Assembly (NCBI GenBank): GCA_013239625.1 | Contig: MU055549.1 | Location: 1,054,001-1,118,000, forward strand | DNA: 64,000 bases | Direction of reading: 5' to 3' | Origin: Lama guanicoe | Taxonomy: Eukaryota | Shown here: positions 36,601 to 49,229 of the stretch, piece after piece | How the letters are laid out: every line of letters starts with the position of its first letter | How positions within the stretch are numbered: position 1 is the first letter of the stretch | Notes under the pieces: generated by a model | Database searches by the model: none | The model's input: the letters and a program-made list of their open reading frames with translations, nothing else | What the model was told of the DNA's origin: nothing | Translations under genes and position numbers: made by a program

Positions 36601-37810
36601 GTCCCCGTGCCCTCTGCGTCTTCGCCAGGCGGTGTCCCTGACCGCCGGTGCGCCCTCTGCTGTCTGGGTCCCATCTTGCGGCCGCCCCTGCTGGTGTCTC
36701 AGGAAGTGGGGAGGGTTGTGCTCAAAACCACAGGCCCGGCTCTGTGAGCTGCCCAGCGTGGACCGCAGGCCAGGGAGCCCACAAGGGCGGCCAGGCCCGG
36801 GCTCTCCGCATGGCTCCCTTCTCCTGCTGCCCTGGCCAGAGCCCGCAGGCCTGCAGCGTCACTCCCTCGGCCCCGTCCAGTCAGCGCTGCGTGAGGAGCT
36901 CCCTCCATGGGGAGGGACGTGGGCGCCTTGTGTTTCTGACCTCTTACTTAATGCGGTGTCATTGCCACCTTTCCTCTCCTGGAAAGACTGAAGTCTGAAA
37001 TCTGTCCTTTTCTCTAGAACATGGTGATTTTCTTGCTAAATGTCTGGCTAACTCATGGCCTCGGTGCCCATGTTGGGGCTGCACATTGTGCTGGCCGCTG
37101 GAGCCGTGGGGCAGGGGCAGCACAGCAAGCTGTCTCTGGGACAGGAGGCGCTGACTTCTCCCGCTGGGCCTGCTAGACTGGACGTTTGGCACTGAGGCAC
37201 TGAGCCGGCCATGCACAGCAGGACGCCCTCTGCAGGCCCACAGGGGCCACTCTTGGGGTGGGGCGAGCTCAGCCCTCGTCCTCGGCAACGTGTGGGAGTG
37301 GCCGGGGCTACGCTGAACCCGAGAGAGGAAGGAGCCCTGGGCCTCCAGGCAGCAACGGGCCGGACCCGGGAGGAGACTGAGCAGACAGGCGGGTATCCCC
37401 AGGCCCTGAGCCACCCAGCAGAGCCCGTCTCTCCAGCCCACACTGCAGCCCCAGCCCTGTGTCCCCGATGCCTCACCTTTCCCCGCCGCCACCAAGGGCC
37501 TCCTCTGACCCCAAAGTCACACCAGTGCCTGTGAAGGGGGCCTGCCCCAAGCTGGCCCGCTCCCAGGGACACTGTCCCTAGAAGTACTGGGGCCACCATC
37601 CACCTTTCTGGTTATGGAAGCTTGTGCTCGGTTACCTGGTCAGCCCACCTCTACTAGCGCAGGTAGAAAAGTACCTGATTTAGAAGGACCCCGCAGAGTC
37701 GCCAGCACACGGCCCATCCTCCGCCCACACCGGGCAGTGTCTTCCTGCCACGCCAGTCTGGGCACATTTGTCACCTCTGGGTGTCTCATGCTTCATCCCT
37801 GAGATAGGGT

Positions 37811-38097
37811 CACAGGCCTGGAGGCACACAGACCTGGGGGTACAGACCTGGGGGGCATAGACCTGGGGGGCATAGACCTGGGGGGCATAGACCTGGGGGG
37901 CATAGACCTGGGGGGCATAGACCTGGGGGGCATAGACCTGGGGGGCATAGACCTGGGGGGCATAGACCTGGGGGGCATAGACCTGGGGGTACAGACCTGG
38001 GAGTAGAGACTTGGGGGGCACATGAACCTGGGGGGCACATAAACTTGGGAGGCACAGACCTGGGGGAACAGACCTGGAGGCACATAGACCTGGGGGG
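37811..38097 (+). repeat. 15-bp G-rich minisatellite (ACCTGGGGGGCATAG)
   Basis: Nine perfect copies at 37846-37980, with degenerate copies on both sides. Confidence 0.97.
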
Positions 38098-38789
38098 CTT
38101 GGGCCAGACTGGCCCGGGCCCCGGGCAGAGACAGGCTCCCCACCTGGGGCGCTGAGCCGTGTGTGGGGGAGAAGCCCACGTGGACGTAGTGAACCCCTGT
38201 CTCGTGTAAGGAGAAAGCGTTGGTTTGAGAGTAGGCGGAGCCCTGGAAAGCCGTCCACACCGCTCTGCCCTCCGCAGGGGCTCCTGCTGCCGGGCTGTCA
38301 GGGGTTAGTGATTAGAGAAGCTGCCATTTTCAGCGTCTCTTTCCTCGGGGGAGCGTGGGGGGCGCTCGCTGTCTGATTCTGTGGAGAAAGTTGATAGAAA
38401 CAAGGCCTCGAGGGCTCCCTCGGGCTGCGGACCTCCCCCATTGTTAGTCCTGGGCCATTGCGGGCTCCTCTCAAGTCGGTCCAGAGACTCCCCCGGGCAC
38501 AGGCCCCAGACTCTGCAGGACGGGTGGCTGCTTCGGAGGCTCTGGGCCGCTGATCTGCGGGTCTTCCTGGGTTGTGGCCACTTTCACTGAGGGCTGCTGG
38601 GTGTCTGGGGCTGAGCTGAGCTGCTCCGGTCCCTTCTGCTTCCATTGTCCTGCCTGTGGGCTGCGCGGCCTGGCCTCACCCCGCCGTGAGCGCGGGGCCC
38701 ACCTCTGCCTTGGCTCAGGCCCCTCTGGTACCCGGGCTGGAGCTCAGCCTGCAGTAGCACCACGGCCGGCCCTCCTCCAGGGTGAGGTG

Positions 38790-38995
38790 GGCTGCAGAGG
38801 GCTGCAGCACTGGGGGCTCTGCATAGTGTTGGGGGGCTCCTTATAGTATTGGAGGCTCCCTGCAGCATGCAGGGCGCCTGTAGTGTGGGGGGCTCCCTGC
38901 AGTGTGGGGGCTCCCTGCAGCATTGGGGGGCCCCTGCAGTGTGGGGGCTCCCTTCAGCATTGGGCGGCCCCTGCAGCGTGGGGGCACTCGGGGGC
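38790..38995 (+). repeat. ~19-20-bp degenerate minisatellite (CCCTGCAGTGTGGGGGCT)
   Basis: About 10 imperfect copies ending ~75 nt upstream of exon 2. Confidence 0.85.
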
Positions 38996-39071
38996 TGCTC
39001 CAGCCAGGGGGCTGTGGCAGGCACAGGGCCTTTCTACCACCTCACCTGGCATCCCTCTGTTTTCTCTGCAG

Positions 39072-39127
39072 TGAACTTGGACCACTTCCAGATCCTGCGT
39101 GCCATTGGGAAAGGCAGCTTCGGCAAG
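39072..39127 (+). CDS. STK32C: STK32C coding exon 2 (56 nt; (V)NLDHFQILRAIGKGSFGK, glycine-rich loop)
   Basis: Acceptor ...ccctctgttttctctgcAG (39070-39071) and donor AAG|GTAAGG. Phase 1 in, phase 0 out. Contains the GxGxxG motif typical of STK32 kinases. Confidence 0.97.
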
Positions 39128-41274
39128 GTAAGGCCCCCAGCAGGACCAGACCAGCCGGACCATGGTGAGGGAAAGCCCGCCCCCCACCTCGGGTCTGTTG
39201 GTGGAGGATGTGGGTGTCCTTCCCGCTGAGCAGGCTGGGGATGCTGGGGGCATCAGGGCGGGTGTCAGCTGAGCTCACCACCGCCAGGGGCTCAGTCCAG
39301 GGCCTTGGGGGTCTCGGAGCTCAGCTGAGGGTGCAGATGGCACGGCCTCTGGGCTCTACAGGGGCTGAGACCCTGACACCCACTCACTCTCCATACAGAA
39401 GGCCCTTTTGCAGCATTTCCCTATCTCTTTATTTAGAGACGGGGGCCAACTCGAGACCCGAAAGTGGAGCGTCTTAGAAGCCGCTCCATGGTGTGGCTGA
39501 CACCCTGTGTCCGGGGCCACAGGGACACTCGGATGCCACAGTTGCAGCTAGAGCCCAGAGGCCAGGCTTCACCTGCGCCCGTCCTTCCAGGCCATGTGGG
39601 ATCAGGGTGGAGGTAGGGGGTGGCCACACTACCCTTGGCCTCCAAACAGGCCTGCCCGGAGTACACTGTGCACTTCGCTTTGGTTTCTCTCGGCCGGATC
39701 CCACTTGCTGATCGCTCCCTTGTCCTGCCTAGAGACGGGGGGTAATTATAACTCAGAGGCTCAGGGAGCTCTGCAAGGGGTCAGATCACCTCTCGGGACC
39801 CTGCTGCATGGGCCTGGTGTAAATGGGTCGCCCTGAACGGACAGTGTCTGTTCAGCTCAGAGGCCTTGGCGGGTGAGTGAGGCCTTTGCACCCTCCCCAG
39901 CCCCACACAGCTGCTGGACGCCGTGACTGTTAAGCTCTGTAAGCCTTTTAAAGGGATCGCTGCGCCGCCAGGGCAGGCTCCGCGGGAGTCTGAATGCTGT
40001 TAATCACCTCCAGTTCGTTGTATCTCAGTGCCGGCTGCCTTAGGTTACCAAGCCAGAGCAAATTAGCCCCTTTTCACACATCCAGCGGAACGCCTTATGC
40101 ATGAGGAAGAGAGTATTTTTAACATCTCTCTGAGTCAGGAGCTACCCAGTGGACCTGGGCCTTTTGTCAGCTGTGCAAAGGTGGTTGATCCAGAAGCCCA
40201 GGTCCTTAGCTGGCAAGTTCGTCAGACATGGAAGGCAGGTTGGGATGGCCTCTGCCGCCTGGCTTCTCCCAGGCGAATCCCAGGGTGTGGGGAGGTGAGG
40301 GGGTGGGCAGGTGGAGCTTAGGGGGACCTGCCCCCTCCTCCCCCAGTGGAAGACACCAGCCCAGACCAGGTTTGGGAGGATGGCTTGTACAGGGAGACAC
40401 AGGGTCCTCCAGATAGCTGGAAACAGGAGGAGGAGGGAGCTTGGGGACCCTCGGGGCAAAGACCGTCGGGCCGGAGGAGGCTGGTGGGCACGTGGCCGTG
40501 AGGCCGTTCCCTGTCCCCACCCCCCGCCCCCCAGGCTGAGCCTCGCGCACCCTTCCTGGGGACAGCCCTCACACCCCCTCTGCACAGCTGGGTGGTCCCC
40601 CCTCCCCCACGGTGTCTGCGCAGCCCCAGGACTCTGGCTTCTCTGACCAGTCCTTGGTTTTCAGCAGCCAGCCGGCCGCAGGGTCCCAGAAGTGGGGCTC
40701 TGCAGAGTGGTGACAGGAGGAGGCATGGCGTCCTGCCAGGGTTGTGTCTTAAGATGCAAGTTGCGGTGTAATTGGAGGGCTACTTCCTGCTCCCTAATTA
40801 GGCCTCCGGGGTCTCTGGGCCACGGTTGCCCGGTGTGTCTGGAATGTGGGCAGGACGCGGCCCGCCACAGGCCAGGCCCCTGTCCTCCAGCCGCTCCCGG
40901 GGGCTGGGCACTGACCCCACAAGGAGAGGGGCTGGGGGTTTGGAGCCGGCCCCAGCGTGGGTGGCTGGGCCCCCGTGCTCCTGTTACACGTGGCCTTGCT
41001 CGAGAGCGTGTGCGCGGGCGCAGCCGTGCCGGGGGCACTGGTGAAGGCTGGCTGTGTGAACTGCTGTGAAACTCCTCTGGGCCGAGCGGGAGTGAGCATC
41101 CGGCAGCCCCCTACCCCCGACGTCCCCCCACCCCTGCCGTGGACAGAGGCGCGGGAGTCCGTGTGTCTGACGTGACTGGTCTGTCCCCAGCTGGTCCTGG
41201 AAGTGGACTGGGCAGACTCGCTGTGTCTGGGCCTTGGGTACAAAGCTGGATAGTGTTTTGTTTTAGGTTTTACT

Positions 41275-41415
41275 TTCTAACCAATCTTCTGTGGTGGTAA
41301 ATTACACGTAACTTCGAAGCCAACATCTTAACCATTTTAGGCTCGTGGCTCCGTGGCACCGAGCTTATTCACAGTGTCGTGGCGCCATCACCAGCGTCAT
41401 CTCCAGACCTTTTCA
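41275..41415 (-). mobile_element. L1MB-like 3' end fragment
   Basis: tgtggtggtaaattacacgtaac...catcttaaccattttaggctcg...attcacagtgtcgtggcgccatcacca. Confidence 0.6.
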
Positions 41416-44400
41416 GCAGAGGGGGCCGGTGGTGGAGGTCCCGCCCACCCCCCGTGATGGTGAGAGGGCAGACCCCACTGGCACAGGGAGTGGGCTGGGC
41501 TTTGTCCCTGGGCATTCGGGAACGTCATGGCCTCCTGACCGCAGGAGGAGGCTGGGACCGTCCTCAGGGCAGAGAACCAGGTGGCCGTGAAGCTGGGGGG
41601 ACAGTTCCCGCCCACTCCCTGCCTGTGTCCACGCAGCACTGGCAGCTGGGAGGCTTCCCACGGCCGTGCCTGTGCGGATGTGAGCCCCTGGCAGTGGGCC
41701 TCCGTGCAGGGGAGGTCAGTGAGCCCCACAGGTGTAATCTCTGTGGGCCTCCGTGGTGCTGTGTGGCAGCCCTCCGCCAGGGGTTGTATGTCCTGGAATC
41801 TCAGATTGCAAGTGACAGACGGTTAATTCAAGAGAGCTGGGAAGAGGTGACAGATACGAGCTAATGTCCCCAGGGTGGGAAAGGGCAGTGTGGCCGGCCC
41901 CCAGGGTGGCTGAGCTGGGCTGGGGTCGTGCCAGCACTGGTGGTCTCTGCCCACTGGGCCCTCTCTCACCAGCTCAGCTCCAGAGGACCCCCGACCTCCC
42001 CGGCCAGGGAGACAGGCCCGCTCTCCTCCTGCCCTGGGCTGGGGTGGCTCAGGGCAGCCCTGCGGTTGGCTCCCGCCCTGCTCCAGTCACAGTAAATAGG
42101 GCTGCAGTGGCTGGCAGTGACCTGCCACAGCAGAAGGTGGGCAGGGGCCCTGGGGCGCGGCGCTGGTCCCCGTGGCGGGGCAGCCCCCGTGGTCCCTGCC
42201 TGCCCCGAGCGTCGCTGGAGCAGCTGCGTCTTTCCCAGCAGAGGCGGCAGCTGGAGGGGGTTCGAAGGCAGCGTTCTTTTGCGGGGGTGCGTGTGGTAGG
42301 GCCCTGGTGAGGGGGCGCTGGGCCCAGACCTCTGCCTTTGGGGGCCCTGCACAGCTGGTCTGAGCATGGCTGACCTTAGCTAGCTGCCGCCTCGAGCAGG
42401 GCTTTGGAAGACCACCACTGTGAAGAAGTGGTTACTGAGAATGGGAACCTATGAGCACATGGGTTTTTCATCTGCAGGTGAGCGCCACCTGGCAAGAAAC
42501 CAGCAGAGACGTCAGCAGGGCTGGCCTGCGTGGAGGCCCCTGGCCCTACCTCTCCTCCCCCACCTCCCTCCCCGGCTCCCCCTCCTCCCTCCTCCCCCTC
42601 CTCTGCTTCCCAGCCTGGCCTGGCCTGCTTCCCACAAAACCTGGAGCTCTCCCCCTGCCCCAGGCCTGAAGCTGCCCTGGGGAACCTCAGACCAGCCCCT
42701 GGGTCCATACTGGGGACACCAGCCCTGTGGACTAGGTTGCAGGCCCCATACCACCCCCTGCCAGCTCCAGCACACAGCCTGCCCGCCCCACACCCACTGG
42801 GGCTGGGGTGGAGCCCTGCCCACCTCTGCCCCAGGTTCAGGTTGGGCTCATTAAAAACCAAGCTCCCAGAGGCCTGTTCCTCTGGAACTGCAGGCGCTTC
42901 AGTCCCTGCTTGGTTTATGAGCACCAGGGCAGTTCCAGCCACGGGACTGCAGGGTCCCATGAGTGAGGGAGGAGGGGCCCCCTCGTGAGCGTGCTGTGCC
43001 CCCAAAGGCAGAAACTTCCTTGAAAGGACCCCGCTCTCAGGGTGCCGCCCTGCATTGTTGCATCCACAAAGGCCGCCTTGGAGTTTCTTCCAAGTCGCTC
43101 CTCCTCCCTCCTTCCAGCCGGGGTCCCCTGCGGTTGGGACCCTACCCCTCCTGTCTGCGGCCCCTGCTCCCTTTCAGTCCTTGGCTCTAAGCCCCCTGCC
43201 CCCTGGCCCTGAGCCCGGAACTGGAGTGGACGCAGCTCTCAGACAACTCAGCGGTCCTGGCAGGGCTGGAGGGGAGACCTCAGGTTTTCCGGGGCACCGG
43301 GCACCGGCCACACTGGGTGCCTGTGCTGACCCCCGGGGCCATGTGGGGGCCGTGGGCAGGGAATGCTGGCTCCACAGTGGCTCCTTCTGCCCTGAGAGGC
43401 GGGCAGGGCCACCTTGCCCCCTCCTTTGACTCATCCAGCTTCTGGCCTCGCCAACTGCTCTGGGGCCCAACATGTGAGCTGGGGCCACCCTGGGGTATGT
43501 GTCCCCCTCCTGGGCACCCAGCTGCCCTCCAGGCCGTCCATGTGCGTGGCCATGAGCCCCTGACACCCAGGCCTTCTGGGCCAGGCCACGCCCCCTTGCC
43601 TGGGGCTGGCGGAGGGACCTGGAAGGGCCTGGCTGGCCCTTCAGGCTGCGTCCGGGCTCCAGCCGCCCAGCACGGGGCCAGTACTCAGGGACTCCTGGGA
43701 ATCGGGGTGCTTTTCAGGTGTGGCAGGCGTGAGCTCCCCCTGCCCCTAGCTTGGGTCTCCCCAGTTGTGTCTCACTGGACGATATGGCCACAGTTTACTC
43801 CGAGGCAGGTCGTTTAGGTGGAATAATCAGGATTTGGAGAAACCAGTCTGTTTCCCGTGGGCACTGAGGAGGGCGCAGCCCTCAGACGCCCGCCCGCACC
43901 CAGGCTGGGTGTGTCTGTGCAGTGGGCCTGCCCCCAGCCACCAACCGGGCTGTTTTGCGTCCAGGACGCAGAATTCCAGCTTCAGGCCGCACGTACTGCA
44001 GGATCATCGCAGGCGCTGTAGACGGGCGTTTGCTCGGAGCCCCCAGCCCCGTGGATCAGTGGTGTCTGGGCCCCATGTGGGGTCTCAGCTCCCAGGGCCT
44101 CTCTGAGGCAGGCCCAGTTGAGGGGCGCTTGTGGCACCTTCCTGGGCCCCAGTGACACCAGGGGCCAGGCCCTGGTCGGCTGCGCAGGTGGGTGGTGTCC
44201 CTTGACCCCTTTCTGGCTGCACCCCTCCTCCTAGGAGTGGGCTTCTCTCCAGGGCTCTGGTTTCCTGGGGCCGGGGAAGGCGTGTTTTCACCGTCAGAGC
44301 TTCTGTGGCTCCTTCTCCCCCCGGTGGTGGGCGGGCCGAAGTCAGGCAGAACCTGCAGGAGCTGCTCCGGTGCCGCCCGTGCCCCAGCACTGCCCACCCC

Positions 44401-46957
44401 CCTTTCCGGCCAGCCTGGCCTTGCTCGGCCTCTGGTCCCTGGGCCCCGAGCACCCTGCCTGAGCTCCCTGGAGGCCACCATGTCTGTCAGTGTCCACCTG
44501 GGACTCGTTTACAGGGAGTGGCACTACTTTTGCACCAGAACAAAGAGAAGATTCTATCTTGGGGAAGAAACTTCACTCCGTCTGGAATTTAACATTTCTC
44601 GTTGGGCAAGCTTGGCTGTCTGTCCACCGTCCGTCTCAGGGACTCTGTTTCGCTCTGACCCGCGGGCCTTCTCAGCCGCCCGGCCTTGCTCTTCCAAAGC
44701 ACCAGCTACTCCCACATAATTTTTTCCTCCAGTTGAACTTTCAGATAAATTTTGTCGAGATCAAAAATAAACTCATTGAAATTTGGGTAGGAATCACATC
44801 TTAAGATTAAAGAGGGGGAAGATGGTATCTTACCACCCAGGAGTGTTCACGTTCTGTCATGTGTATTACGTATCGTTCTTGTACTTGTTTTATGTGACGC
44901 TGTTGTGTATTGTCTTGTTTTGTAACTGTGAATAGGAGATTTTATTTTCCAACTTTTTCCCCAGTTTATTGGACAATGGTGGCTTCTGCCCCCCTGCCCA
45001 CTGCACTCTCCTCCACTGCAGGGGCCGTGCTGCGGCTCACATAGCCGGCCTGGGCCTGGGCAGGGCTGAAGCAGGTGCGGGCAGCCGAGGCTGGGGCCTG
45101 GCTCTGCCAGCCTGTGCAGCACCCACTCCGGGGTTCACCAGAGTTGTCGGGCTCAGCGTGCCCCGAGCTGAGGGTAACGGGCTCCCGTGACGCTGCTGTG
45201 GGGTGGAGGCTAGGTCTCCATTCTTGACCAGGGTCTGGAGAGCCCCTCACAGTGGGCAACTGGCCAGATCAGGGGAGCATTGGGAGGCAAGGTCGAGGTA
45301 CCTGCCGGCCACAGCCTTGCAGCAGGAAAGGTGTGTCTCCGGGGGCGGGGTGGAGGACCTTTCGCGAGTCCCAGAGGCCCGGGACCTGGACGCGGTGCTC
45401 TGCACAGCAGGCAGGATCCAGGCCCGTCCTGCACCCCAGCCCTCTGGCCCCCGGGCCTGGTCTTAACCGCTGGGTGGGTTTCTGCCCTCGCCAGCCGGGA
45501 CCACTCCGCCCCGCACCCGGCGTGCCCCCTGCCCCGTGGCACCCTTTCTTCCTTTCTCCTCGCCGGCACAAGGGCTGGGCTGGAGACGCCACTGGAGCTC
45601 ACCCTGGGCCCCTGGGGTGCCTGCTGTCCACGTTCAGGTGGGTGGGCCTGGCCACCCTCCCTTAGCCTAGGCCCATCAGGACACCCATCAGGGTCCGAGT
45701 CAGGACACTTGCTGTGAGGCAGGGCACGGATGGGGTGGGGCTGTTCCCCAGCTGTGGGGCCCAGGGACCCTTTTCTGGCCCCACCCGGGGTGAGGTGCCT
45801 ACACCCGGCCTCTTGCTCCTGCAGAAGGACCAGCTGAGCGGTTACCTCGGGAGGGAGGAAGGCCCGGGCCAGCTTCAGGGGATGAAGTGTCCCAAGCCTG
45901 GGCACATGCCTGTGTTTCTCCAGTTACTGGGGGAGGAGCCCCCCAGGAACCTCCTGACCCAGATCCTCAGGTGGACCTGGATGGGGGGCAGGTGGGCAGG
46001 TGCAGTGGGAGGGGACAAGAGTGGTGGCAGGGGCAGGGGTGCAGTCCCGGGGGCTCTCGGCCTCGCCACTTTCCCGTGGACCCTGATTTCGAGCGACGCC
46101 TCCTTCCCAGCCTCCTCTTCCCCTCCCCCCCGTCTGTGAGGAGCCTGTGCTGTGGTTGCTACGGCAACACCTCAAAGGATGGCAAGTGATCAGCCCTCCA
46201 GAGCGCTGCTGTGCCATCTCGCTGAGTTAGCACAGGAGGAGCCGTTCTGGGGTCCGTGTATCCGTTATGGCGGAAACGCTGCGGGGAGAGTGGCTGTGGC
46301 TGAGAGCTCAGAGGTGTCGGGTTCTGGGATGTGAGTCTGGCCCCCAACAGCCTCCATGGGGCTGCTGGAGACAGCCTTGCTTGCAGCCCGTGCTCGGCTC
46401 CATGTGACCTTTGGTTTTCCACTGCTGGTGAGTGCTGCGTTCTGGCCCTTCCATCACCAACCAGCTCCTTGACTGGCTCGCAGCCCCTTCTCCTGAGATG
46501 TCCAGGCGCCAGATCTGGACTCTGGATCTTAGAAACCCGCACCTACGGCGTGCTGTGCCCCGGGTGCCAGGCCCAGGCTCTGCATTCCTGGCACACCCTT
46601 GATTGTGACTGTATGGGTGGCACTGGGGAGACGCGGCAAGCATCGCTGAAGGCACGCTGGCGGCGGCCACGAGACTTGACGGCGTCTGCAGAAGCCCAGC
46701 GGCCTGGGCCCGGCAGCTTGTGCTCACTGCGCGCACCAGTCTGAGTTTCCTGAGACGCCGCCCTCGCAGCCGCACGGCCTTGGCTGCTGCTCTAGCCCCG
46801 TCTCCTCCCACGGCCAGCAGACTGCCTGCCGCTGCCCGCTCTGACCCCTAGATGTCATGGAGCGATCCCCGTTTGTCAAAGGCCCCCTCCCCCCTCCCCT
46901 TGAGCAGCGGCATTTCTTGTCTCCATTAGTTGGGACAGAAGTCGGCTTGACGTTAAC

Positions 46958-47530
46958 GGTTTTAAAAAATTGTAGTAAAATAGACACAACACAAAATTTA
47001 CCATCTTTACCACTTTTAAGCCTACAGTTCAGTGGCATTAGTTACGTTCACGCTGCTGTGTACCATCACCTCCTTCCGTCTCCGGAACTTTCTCATCTTC
47101 CCAAACTGACACTCTGTCCCCGTGAAGCGCTAACTCCCCACCCCCACCCCCCAGTCCCTGGTAACCGCTAATCTACCTTCTGTCTCTACGAATTTGGCTC
47201 ATCTGCATATCTCATAAAAGTGGATCACGATATTTGCTGCTTCGGGACTGGCTTCCCTCGCTCAGCACGGTGCCACCCAGGTTCGTCCGTGCAGGAGCCT
47301 GTGTCAGCATTTCCTTCCTTTAGAGGCTGAGTAAATAGTTCACTGCGTGGATGGACCACAATGTGCGTCTCTGCTCACCCACCGATGACACCCGGATTGG
47401 TTCTCCTTTAGGTGAGTGTGAGCCACGCCGCGTGAGCCCGGTGCACAGACTTGCTCGAGTGCCCGCGCTCAGTCCTCCTGGGTGCACACCCCGCAGCGGA
47501 GTCTCTGGGTCACATGGTGCCTGGTGATAT
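46958..47530 (-). mobile_element. L1MB/L1MA-like 3'UTR
   Basis: ttgtagtaaaatagacacaacacaaaatttaccatctttaccacttttaagcctacagttcagtggcattag...cccagtccctggtaaccgctaatctaccttctgtctctacgaatttg. Confidence 0.85.
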
Positions 47531-49229
47531 CTTAGTGGCTCAGCCTTTGGGATGTTTTAAAATAATTTAAGGATTATTTTACTTTCACGGGCTGTCGACA
47601 CCTGGAGGGAGTGGCTTGCTGGCTTCTCTGGCTGGTGTGTCCTTGGGACATGCAGGAATGAACAGAAGGGACACCTGACAAGAGCCCTGGTTTTCCTTAG
47701 GGACCCTCCACTGTGCGCGGACGTCACGCACATTAAGTAGGTGGCCAGATGGCCTTCTTGGTAGGTCGGGGTCTCCGGGAGTGACTGGCGAAGATGGCCC
47801 TGGCTCCTGCCACGCCCTCTGGAGTGAGGTGGTGCCTCGGGATGCCATCCTGCTCTGGACGGCCCTGGGGCAGGTAGGGGACCACTCAGCCCTGAGTGTG
47901 AGCATTGTGGTGGCCCCTCTGTCCGGGCTGACTGGTCAGTGAGCTGCCGGACCTCGGGGGGGGCCTCTCGCCCCAGGACGGTCCAGGGCTATGTCTGCGA
48001 CCCACAGAGGCTTCGGGCTCCTGCCGTCTTCATGGGGCCAGTCTTGAAAGTCAGCTCGTAGCATTTGAGCGGGACATTGGTGGGCAGGGGCCCTTGTCCA
48101 CCTGTGGGAGACAGCTGTGAAGTTCTGTGTTCTCCAGGAGGGTCTGGGTGGGGGACGGGGGTCTCCAGGGCTCCCGGCTGTGCCAGGCTCAGTGGCCTGG
48201 AGGGATGAATGCTGAGGATGAAACAGACGGAGCCCCCAGGGAGGCTGGGTGGAGAGCAGACAAGGTGCTGGTCAGAGAAGCAGAGGGGCCCGGCCTGCAA
48301 CAGAGTCACAATCAGGAGGTCTGGGCCCAGCTGGAGGGGGTGGCCGGGGAGGCAGGGGCCACAGGGTGGGCGGTACCGCCTCCTCCCTCTCGCCACCACG
48401 AGAGCTGACACCACGTCGGGAGTGGTCTGCTCCGGGCCCCCTCGCTGAGGCCGAAGCTGGGACGGGACCCGCAGGTGTCCAGCACTCTCCTCTCCTGGTC
48501 ATCACCACCTGCATCTGTGTTTGGCAGCCTCCCCTCGGGGCAGCATCTGAGACCACTTGTCACCCGCTTCCAGGTGGCCCAGTGCTGGGTGCACTTCCGG
48601 CCCCTCTGGTCACCCGAGCTTTGCTTCTGTGCCTTAAACTGGCCGTTTCCCACGTGACTGATCCCAGGAGGAGGACGTCCACGTCCACTTCCCATTCTCG
48701 TCCAGATGGCGGATGAGGGTTGGCACCTTGACCCGGCTGCCCGGGAGCCAAGGCCAGAAGGTACCTGTTCTTGAGCCGAACGGCTTGGGTAGACCTAGTG
48801 GGTGGACGGACGAGGGTGAGCCGATGGCCCCCTGGTGTGTCCCGAGTGTGGAGGAAGCTCCTTGGCCAGACCACGCCTGGGGGAGGCGGCTCCCTAGAAG
48901 GTGGGGGTGGTGGTACCCTTGCTCCAGGCTGCTCACCTGGGCCTCAGCTCCATTTGTAACAGAGCCCCAGTGGCCCGTCCCCACTGGGGGGTCTGGCTGC
49001 CCATCCTATTCGCCCTTGGGGGAGCCTGGTGACTTTGCACGCCTCCCCAGGATCACAGGGGCCCGCGGTCCAGGCCGCGCCGTGCACCAGTGCTGGGCCA
49101 TGCACCGCGTCCCTTCCCTGACCACGCTGCCCCACGGGCTCTGCCGCCACGTGGAGCTGGCCCGGGGTCCGCCCTGTACCACCGACTGAGCCCCCCAAGC
49201 CCGTTCCACACTCCATCCCCAGGCTTCAC

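Noticed and set aside
37680-38260. Repeat proteins (PQVYA)n, (PPRSM)n, (PPGLC)n, or a CRISPR-like array
   Set aside because: Translations of the 15-bp minisatellite; no unique spacers, no cas genes, mammalian context.
39433-39745. Shared 12-mer TAGAGACGGGGG at ~39435 and ~39730
   Set aside because: Too short and without extended similarity; may be chance.
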